DNA of 16,582 nucleotides, taken from an uncultured Gemmatimonadota bacterium (GTDB taxonomy: Bacteria; SM23-81). The notes under the pieces are model-generated. The model was not told the origin of the DNA, did not search any database, and was given only the letters and a program-made list of their open reading frames with translations. The translations under genes and the position numbers were made by a program. Location: positions 1-16,582 of the forward strand of contig CAZOYL010000008.1 of assembly GCA_964584035.1 (NCBI GenBank). The letters are read 5' to 3'. Shown piece by piece: positions 1 through 6,417 of the stretch; the stretch's first letter is position 1, and every line of letters starts with the position of its first letter.

Positions 1-1
1 C

Positions 2-985
2 GACCTCATCGTGGATGACGACGGCTCCGAGGATTATGAACGATACTACCAGGCCGCCCTGGACAGCGCCGGAACATCACACGGCACCCTGGATAACGCC
101 ACCACCATGATCGACGCCGAACGGATGGCGCCTTTTCCGGCCGTGGTCTGGTTCACCGGTCAAGCGGCTCCGGTGTTGACCGGGGAGGATCGCGAGGCGA
201 TTTCCGGATACCTCGACGGAGGCGGACGACTGTTCATCTCCGGACAGGACATCGCCTCGGCGCTGTGCGACTCGGCCGGCGGGGAGTCGGACTCGAGCGC
301 GGCGGAATGGTTTGAGAGCACCTTTTCGGCGGCCTATGGAGGCGAATATACCGGCACGCTGATGCTGCATGGAGCCGCCGGCAACAGCATTTCCGATGGC
401 TTAACGCTGAGCGTTTCCGGCGGTGACGGCGCCGGAAATCAGGTCTCGCCCGATATCGTCGAGCCCATCTTCGGACAGACCTATTTTGCCTATCAGGTTT
501 TCAGCTATTCCGATTACTATGACTGGCCGCCCATGGGAGCCTTCACCGTCAGTACCGGGGCCTACCGGGTGGTCTATTTCGCCTTCGGCTTCGAGGCCAT
601 CGACAATGCCCCGGACCGGGCCCTGCTGATGGGCCGTATCATGGAATACTTCGAGGGCTCCACTCCGGTAGAGGCGGGTACCGAGAACGTGTCGAATCCG
701 CAGGATTTCTCTCTGTCACCCAACTACCCCAATCCCTTCAACGCCGCCACGACCTTCGCTCTTTACGTGCCCGGAGACGATCCCGCCGCCGTCTCCCTGA
801 GGATCTACAACGTCCTGGGCCAGGAGGTGCGCGCCCTGTTGGATGGTCCGGTGACCCCCGGCAGCCATCTGATCCTCTGGGACGGGACCGATGACGGGGG
901 CGGGGATCTGGCCAGCGGAGTGTACTTTTCCCGGATGGGGTCGGGAAGCTTCTCTCAAACACGGAAGATCGTGTTCACCAGGTAA
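2..985 (+). CDS. 5'-truncated secreted multidomain protein with a C-terminal FlgD-Ig/T9SS type A-like sorting domain
   Basis: The frame is open from the window edge (DLIVDDDG...), so the ORF-track start at 11 is probably internal. It has an alpha/beta domain (VVWFTG...YLDGGGRLFISGQDI) and ends with the CTD signature FSLSPNYPNPFN...IYNVLGQEVR...WDGTD...ASGVYFSRM...KIVFTR. Confidence 0.85.
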   Translation, partial: DLIVDDDGSEDYERYYQAALDSAGTSHGTLDNATTMIDAERMAPFPAVVWFTGQAAPVLTGEDREAISGYLDGGGRLFISGQDIASALCDSAGGESDSSAAEWFESTFSAAYGGEYTGTLMLHGAAGNSISDGLTLSVSGGDGAGNQVSPDIVEPIFGQTYFAYQVFSYSDYYDWPPMGAFTVSTGAYRVVYFAFGFEAIDNAPDRALLMGRIMEYFEGSTPVEAGTENVSNPQDFSLSPNYPNPFNAATTFALYVPGDDPAAVSLRIYNVLGQEVRALLDGPVTPGSHLILWDGTDDGGGDLASGVYFSRMGSGSFSQTRKIVFTR

Positions 986-1105
986 TCTCAAGAAATACTT
1001 TTTCAAGCTCGCCAGATCGTGCTGGCCCGATGGAGCTGCAGCGTGATGCCGGTCGGTACGGTAAGAAATGAAGCGATACCCGATCATAGAATTGTTGAGG
1101 ATCCC

Positions 1106-1855
1106 ATGAGCACGTTCAAAGGTCTTCTTCGCCTGCTGTGGCCCGTAGCCCTGGTTTCCCTGTTGGCCAGCTCTCTCCTGTTCTCGCTGGCCGTCTCCGA
1201 GGAGGAGCAGGACCAGGCTCAGGCCCAGGAACGGGTCCAGGAACAGGACCAGGCCGAGCTGCCCCTGGCTCCCGATTTTTCCCTCAAAGATCTGGATGGA
1301 AAGCGCGTCGCCCTGAGCGACCTGCTCGGCCGGGGCCCCGTCCTGATCGATTTCTGGGCCACCTGGTGCAAGCCCTGCGTCAAGGAGCTGCCCCACCTGC
1401 ACGACCTGTACCTGAAATACAGGGACCGGGGATTTCAGGTGGTGGCCGTCTCCGAGGACTCGCCCCGCAGCCTCTCCAAGGTGAAGAGCTTTGTGGCCGG
1501 CAACAAGTACGAGTTTCTGGTCCTGCTGGACGAGAACAGCGCCGTGCAGCGCAAGTTCAACTTTCGGGCCCTGCCCTATACCGTCCTGCTGGACAAGGAT
1601 GGCCACGTGATCCACAGCCGCGTGGGATACCGCCCCGGGGATGAGCGGGTCCTGGAGGGGATGTTCCTGCCCCTGCTCGAGGCCCAGGAAGCCGCCGGGG
1701 AGGTCTCCAATCCGCCGGCGGATGCCGGTCAGGAGGATCAGGACACCGGGGACGAATCGGAAGCGGCCGAAAAACAGCGCGACCAGCGGAACTATGTCAA
1801 GAAGGTCAAGGGCCAGGAGGCCCGAAAGGTCCAGGCCGAGGAGCGCGATGAGTAA
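1106..1855 (+). CDS. TlpA/ResA-like thiol-disulfide oxidoreductase, exported
   Basis: APDFSLKDLDG...LIDFWATWCKPCVKELP and the cis-Pro motif ALPYT. A hydrophobic N-terminal signal follows the ATG at 1106, with GAGGA at 1097-1101. Low-complexity Q/E extensions flank the domain. Confidence 0.92.
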   Translation: MSTFKGLLRLLWPVALVSLLASSLLFSLAVSEEEQDQAQAQERVQEQDQAELPLAPDFSLKDLDGKRVALSDLLGRGPVLIDFWATWCKPCVKELPHLHDLYLKYRDRGFQVVAVSEDSPRSLSKVKSFVAGNKYEFLVLLDENSAVQRKFNFRALPYTVLLDKDGHVIHSRVGYRPGDERVLEGMFLPLLEAQEAAGEVSNPPADAGQEDQDTGDESEAAEKQRDQRNYVKKVKGQEARKVQAEERDE

Positions 1856-3314
1856 ATTCCGTTCGAGCCGGTTGAATCTCTGCCCGGCCCCGGGCATTTT
1901 TTTCTGTCTGGTTCTGAGTCTGTGTTTACCCGCCGGCGCGGCCCAGATGCTGGGCTTCGACCTCAGCAATCAGATGGAGTACTCCTGGGACACCGAGGAC
2001 CAGGAGGAGACCTTCGAGAACTGGCTGGACGTCAACTACCGCCTGGACATCCTCACCACCGGCCTGCGCTTCGAGGCCTTTCAGCCGTCCAAGTCGGGCC
2101 AGCGCAAGGAAGAGGTGTCGTTCATCTACTTCCAGGTGGAGAAGGACGAGATCACCCTGCGGGCCGGCGATTACTACGCCATCTTCGGCCGCGGGCTGAC
2201 CCTGCGGTCATACGAGGACCGCGATCTGCGGGTGGACAACAAACTCACCGGCCTGAAGCTCCAGGGCTACTGGGACAAGCTGGAGGTCACCCTGCTGGCC
2301 GGCCGTCCGCCGCGCAAGGACCGCGACAACGCCGACGAGATGCGCGGCCTGGACTTCAGCCTGCAGCCCGCCCCGGGGTTGAGTTTCGGGTACAGCTACG
2401 TGACTCTGGAAGGGCCGACGACCACCGGCAAGGGCACCGAGCTCACCGCCCTCCGCTCGGAGGCCTTTCGCGGCCCGGTGAGCTTTTACGGCGAATTGGC
2501 CCGGCGCTTCAACAGGAACGGTTACGGCCTCTATCTGTCCTCCAGCCTGGCCCTGTCCGGCCTGGCCGTGACGGCCGAGTTCAAGGATTACGACCGTATC
2601 GCCCTGCGCACCGGCGACGGGCTGGAGTATAACTCCCCCCCGGCCCTGACCCGGGAGCACACTTACTCCCTGTTCCGCCGCCATCCCCATACCCTGGACA
2701 GCGACGATGAAACCGGGTTGCAGGTGGAGGCCAGCCTGTCGCCCCTGGAGGACACCTCGGTGCTGCTCAATTACAGCTACACGGCCGTTCACGATGGCGG
2801 CTCCTTCGCCCCGGCCGAGCCGGAGCTGTTCGGCGATTGGGGCGGGCCGGTCTTCCGCGAGGCCTATATCGAGGTCTCCCGGGAGCTGGGGCACAAGGCC
2901 TCGCTGGCCGCCGCCGGGGGAAAATCCCGGCTGGAGGAGGCCACCGTGAACACCGGGGTGATCGACCTGAGCATCTACCTGGACGATCTCAACAGTCTGC
3001 GCTGCGAGCTGCAGGGGCAGCATACCGAGGAGCACGGTGAGTATGACGACCACATGCTGAGCGTGGAATACACCCGCGCGCCGGGGCTGTCGCTCAGCTT
3101 CGTCGGCGAGCGGACCAACAAGTCGGACCTGCAGAAGCTGCCCGGCGAGGCCAACCGGTGGTTCTTCACCCAGCTCGACGTTCAGCTGACCGACAACCAC
3201 GACCTGACCCTGTTTCTCGGCTCCCGCCAGGGCGGCTTCATTTGCACCGGCGGCCGGTGCCGCTGGGAGCCGGAGTTCGAGGGCCTCGAGCTGAAGCTGC
3301 TGAGTTATTTCTAG
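1848..3314 (+). CDS. DUF6029-like outer-membrane beta-barrel protein
   Basis: ATG 1848 overlaps the TlpA stop (ATGAGTAA). Signal peptide, amphipathic beta-strand pattern, motif GDYYAIFGRGLTLRSYEDRDLRVDN, C-terminal GGFICTGGRCRWEPEFEG and a terminal Phe. Confidence 0.8.
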   Translation: MSKFRSSRLNLCPAPGIFFCLVLSLCLPAGAAQMLGFDLSNQMEYSWDTEDQEETFENWLDVNYRLDILTTGLRFEAFQPSKSGQRKEEVSFIYFQVEKDEITLRAGDYYAIFGRGLTLRSYEDRDLRVDNKLTGLKLQGYWDKLEVTLLAGRPPRKDRDNADEMRGLDFSLQPAPGLSFGYSYVTLEGPTTTGKGTELTALRSEAFRGPVSFYGELARRFNRNGYGLYLSSSLALSGLAVTAEFKDYDRIALRTGDGLEYNSPPALTREHTYSLFRRHPHTLDSDDETGLQVEASLSPLEDTSVLLNYSYTAVHDGGSFAPAEPELFGDWGGPVFREAYIEVSRELGHKASLAAAGGKSRLEEATVNTGVIDLSIYLDDLNSLRCELQGQHTEEHGEYDDHMLSVEYTRAPGLSLSFVGERTNKSDLQKLPGEANRWFFTQLDVQLTDNHDLTLFLGSRQGGFICTGGRCRWEPEFEGLELKLLSYF

Positions 3315-3331
3315 AGACGGCGGAGGACTCA

Positions 3332-3982
3332 TTGCCTGACAAAAAGAGCTGGATGAGCGCCCCGGTCTTCATCATCGTGCTCATGCTGGTGATGGCCGCG
3401 TCACCAGTCTTCAGCCGCCCTCTGGCCGGCCAGCCGGCTGCGGGCGGTTTTTTATTGGTCGAGCAGGATCTATCCGAACAGGATCCGGCCGGGCCGGCAG
3501 CCGATTCGACGGCCGCCGATTCGGCGGCGGCGGGTTTCACGGCATCGGATTCATCCGCGTCCCGGCCTGTTAAGACCAAGAATCCCGCCGGCGCGCTGTT
3601 GCGCTCGCTGGCCCTGCCCGGATGGGGACAGCTCTATAATGAGCAGTACATCAAGAGCGCCCTGGCCGTAGCCGCCGAGGGACTCCTGGTGGCCGGGGCC
3701 GTGGTCGAGCATGGACGGGCCGAGGACGATCACGCCATCTATCAGGATCTGTCTCGCTCCGATGAGGAGCGCGAGGCGGCCTGGCGGCGATACTCCCGGC
3801 GGATCGACAAGCGGAACACCTACCTGTGGTATTACGCCGGATTCAAGTTCCTCAGCGCCATCGACGCCTATGTGGACGCCCACCTGTACCGATTCGACGA
3901 GGGGCCGTTCGGGGTTGATATCGAGGCCCGGCCTGAGGATCATTTAGATGTGCTCGTGCTGATGAAGTATACGATCAGGTAG
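3332..3982 (+). CDS. DUF5683-like membrane/exported protein
   Basis: Motifs KNPAGALLRSLALPGWGQLYN and SAIDAYVDAHL. The start is probably TTG 3332 (GGAGG at 3322-3326), alternatively ATG 3353. Confidence 0.8.
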   Translation: MPDKKSWMSAPVFIIVLMLVMAASPVFSRPLAGQPAAGGFLLVEQDLSEQDPAGPAADSTAADSAAAGFTASDSSASRPVKTKNPAGALLRSLALPGWGQLYNEQYIKSALAVAAEGLLVAGAVVEHGRAEDDHAIYQDLSRSDEEREAAWRRYSRRIDKRNTYLWYYAGFKFLSAIDAYVDAHLYRFDEGPFGVDIEARPEDHLDVLVLMKYTIR

Positions 3983-4043
3983 GAGGGGCCGGCGTTCGGT
4001 TGGGCGGTGTCGAGGGGCGCAACGGAAATTGTTTCATGTTTAT

Positions 4044-4071
4044 ACAGGGGCGCAGCATGCTGCGCCCCTGT
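4044..4071. repeat. Perfect 28-bp REP-like palindrome
   Basis: ACAGGGGCGCAGCATGCTGCGCCCCTGT is its own reverse complement. Related copies lie at 6323-6350 and 9301-9322. Confidence 0.8.
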
Positions 4072-4076
4072 TTCAT

Positions 4077-4175
4077 TGTCATTCTGATGGTGATTAACGT
4101 CCGAAGAATCTGCTTTTTCATTCTGTTCTCCGTGCCAGCACAAAAAGCAGATCTTTCGCTGCGCTCGGGATGACA
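4077..4175. repeat. ~99-bp nested inverted-repeat element (MITE/REP-like)
   Basis: Outer arms TGTCATTCTGA (4077-4087) / TCGGGATGACA (4165-4175). Inner arms CGAAGAATCTGCTTTTT (4102-4118) / AAAAAGCAGATCTTTCG (4142-4158). Confidence 0.7.
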
Positions 4176-4198
4176 GTTCATCCTCGTCGAAAAACAGC

Positions 4199-4227
4199 TT
4201 GACAAAATGTCTAAACTGCGGTAAAAT
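4199..4227 (+). promoter_or_regulatory. sigma70-type promoter for the 4299 gene
   Basis: TTGACA (4199-4204), 17 bp, TAAAAT (4222-4227). Confidence 0.8.
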
Positions 4228-4298
4228 GATGGTGGAATGGAATTTATTTTTCCGATTCTTCGGAGAAATCCTCACTCGTACCCGGGGAGGCTTGAATA

Positions 4299-6236
4299 AT
4301 GAAAACCCTGATAAGGAGTTCAGTATTTGCCTGTCTTCTTCTGCTGCCGATTCTCATTGTTCCCCCCCGGGCCGCCGGCCTTTCCCCCGTATCTTGTGTT
4401 GAATCTACCGGCGGACCCTTGGGCCGGACCGACCTGCTGGGCACCACATGGTACGACAACCAGCACAATGGCACCATCGGCCGGATGGTCTCGATGACGC
4501 CGGGAGGAGGCCGGCACTTCTGTTGGATGAACGGGCTGGATTCAATGGCCGTCGATCGGCATGTGTTCTACAATTTTTTTGACCATATCGATGGCATCAG
4601 ATATCCGGAATTGGGTTATCAGATCGATCAGGGATACCGGGCCGGCTATTGTGCGATGGCGCAGTTTCACACGGGGGAGCCGGTCATGGCCTATCATAAA
4701 CAGGATAATATCGACGATGACTGGGAGGTTCAGATATATTCTGATTTTACGGAAGGATTCGAGGGGTTTTGGAACGACATCGAGAACCCCTCATGGGGCC
4801 AGATGAGCTGGCCGAAGCTGACGGTCTGCAAGAGGGATTACATTCATGTCGTCGGCTTCGAGTACAGCGATCGCCAGAGCAACCGCATCGCCTATACGCG
4901 ATCAGAGGATGGCGGCATGACCTTCACCCCATGGGAGGTGATCGACACCCTCCTGGTCATCTCGCACGACATCGCCGCCTCGCCCGTGTCCAACAAAGTG
5001 GGCATCGCTTACACGAAGGTGACCTTTTATGTTCCCCCGGATCCACCCTGGTGGCACGGGTGGTTTCTGCCCCTGACCAGCGACGTCTATCTGGTCGAAT
5101 CGCCGGATGGGGTCACCTGGGATTTTTCCGCCCGGCAGAACATCACTCAGGTCCTTCTGGCCGACACCAGCCGGTACCCCGACAGCACCTGGGCCAACGG
5201 GGATACCCTGAGGGCGTATTGTGACGTCAGCCTGCTTTACGATCGTGACGATCAGGCCCATCTGGCCTTCACCACCCGCGGCTTCTGGCAGGAAGCCTAT
5301 CTGGCCATGTGGCCCGATAGTTTCGTCAATGTGGAGATCAGCCGGGATGCCTCCATGATCTGGCACTGGAGCGAGGCGACCGACACCCTCACCCGGATCG
5401 CCGACGGCTGGTACAACGTGGGCGACCCCGATGTGGGCATCAACGATTACCGCGGCGCCGGACACGGCCGCAGCACCGTGGATCGGCCCTGCCTGGCCGA
5501 GGACCCGGAGAGCGGGCACCTGTACTGCATCTATACCCGCTGCACCCAGGGCGACACCTCCGGCGGCCCGGCGCCGAGCCACGGCTGGGCCAACGGCGAG
5601 ATCTACGGCTCGGCCTCCGCCGACGGCGGCCTGAACTGGTCCCCGGGCACGAATCTGACCAACACGCCCAGCCCGGAGTGCACGCCGGGGGACTGCTTCG
5701 ACGAGGACTATGCCTCCCAGACCCGGCTGGTCAACGATACCCTGCACATCATCTATATCGAGGACAAGGACGCCGGCGGGGTGGTCTGGACCGCGCCCCA
5801 GGAGGGCATCTGGACCGAGAATCCGGTCATCTATCAGAAGGTGCCGGCCGACCTGATCCCCACCGGACCACCCTATGTGCCGAACTACTATTTTCATGTG
5901 GGGCCGGTGGGGGCGACGAAGGTTGAGGAGCCGCAGCTGGTCAGTGGTTCCCTTCCTGAGGGCTTCGCCCTCCACCAGAACTACCCCAACCCCTTCAACG
6001 CGACCACCCAGATCCGTTACCAGATCCCCCAGGCCGGTCACGTCATCCTGAAGGTCTTCAACACCCTGGGCCAGGAGGTGCGCACGCTGGCCGACAGCCG
6101 GCAGGAGGCCGGGGAGTATGTGGTCCGTTGGGACGGGCGCGATGCCGAAGGTGGTGATGTGGCTAGTGGGCTGTATTTCTGCCGGATGGAGGCGGGGGGG
6201 TTCAGCAGAAGCATGAAGATGGTATTGCTGAGATAA
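4299..6236 (+). CDS. Secreted Asp-box (BNR) repeat, probable beta-propeller protein with FlgD/T9SS-like CTD
   Basis: GGAGG at 4286-4290 and a signal peptide. Asp-boxes RSEDGGMTF, ESPDGVTW and ASADGGLNW. CTD FALHQNYPNPFN...WDGRD...ASGLYFCRM...KMVLLR. Confidence 0.85.
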   Translation: MKTLIRSSVFACLLLLPILIVPPRAAGLSPVSCVESTGGPLGRTDLLGTTWYDNQHNGTIGRMVSMTPGGGRHFCWMNGLDSMAVDRHVFYNFFDHIDGIRYPELGYQIDQGYRAGYCAMAQFHTGEPVMAYHKQDNIDDDWEVQIYSDFTEGFEGFWNDIENPSWGQMSWPKLTVCKRDYIHVVGFEYSDRQSNRIAYTRSEDGGMTFTPWEVIDTLLVISHDIAASPVSNKVGIAYTKVTFYVPPDPPWWHGWFLPLTSDVYLVESPDGVTWDFSARQNITQVLLADTSRYPDSTWANGDTLRAYCDVSLLYDRDDQAHLAFTTRGFWQEAYLAMWPDSFVNVEISRDASMIWHWSEATDTLTRIADGWYNVGDPDVGINDYRGAGHGRSTVDRPCLAEDPESGHLYCIYTRCTQGDTSGGPAPSHGWANGEIYGSASADGGLNWSPGTNLTNTPSPECTPGDCFDEDYASQTRLVNDTLHIIYIEDKDAGGVVWTAPQEGIWTENPVIYQKVPADLIPTGPPYVPNYYFHVGPVGATKVEEPQLVSGSLPEGFALHQNYPNPFNATTQIRYQIPQAGHVILKVFNTLGQEVRTLADSRQEAGEYVVRWDGRDAEGGDVASGLYFCRMEAGGFSRSMKMVLLR

Positions 6237-6322
6237 GGTGGGCACAAGCAGTGTGTATGAAGCAGTAGGCAGTGTGCGGTGGGCGGGCGGTTAATTTCCA
6301 AGTTACAATGATGTGTTTCAAC

Positions 6323-6350
6323 ACAGGGGCACAGCGTGCTGTGCCCTTTT
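6323..6350. repeat. Second copy of the REP-like palindrome, possibly acting as a terminator
   Basis: ACAGGGGCACAGCGTGCTGTGCCCTTTT: stem GGGCACAGC/GCTGTGCCC followed by Ts. Confidence 0.7.
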
Positions 6351-6353
6351 CCC

Positions 6354-6382
6354 TTGACAAAACATCTCGTGTCTGATAGACT
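6354..6382 (+). promoter_or_regulatory. sigma70-type promoter for the DUF5060 gene
   Basis: TTGACA (6354-6359), 17 bp, TAGACT (6377-6382). Confidence 0.7.
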
Positions 6383-6417
6383 TATTAATGAAGGGACATG
6401 TCCAATAACCGGGAAGG

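Noticed and set aside
6246..6276. Three short AGCAGT/GGCAGT direct repeats
   Set aside because: Too short and irregular to support a function.
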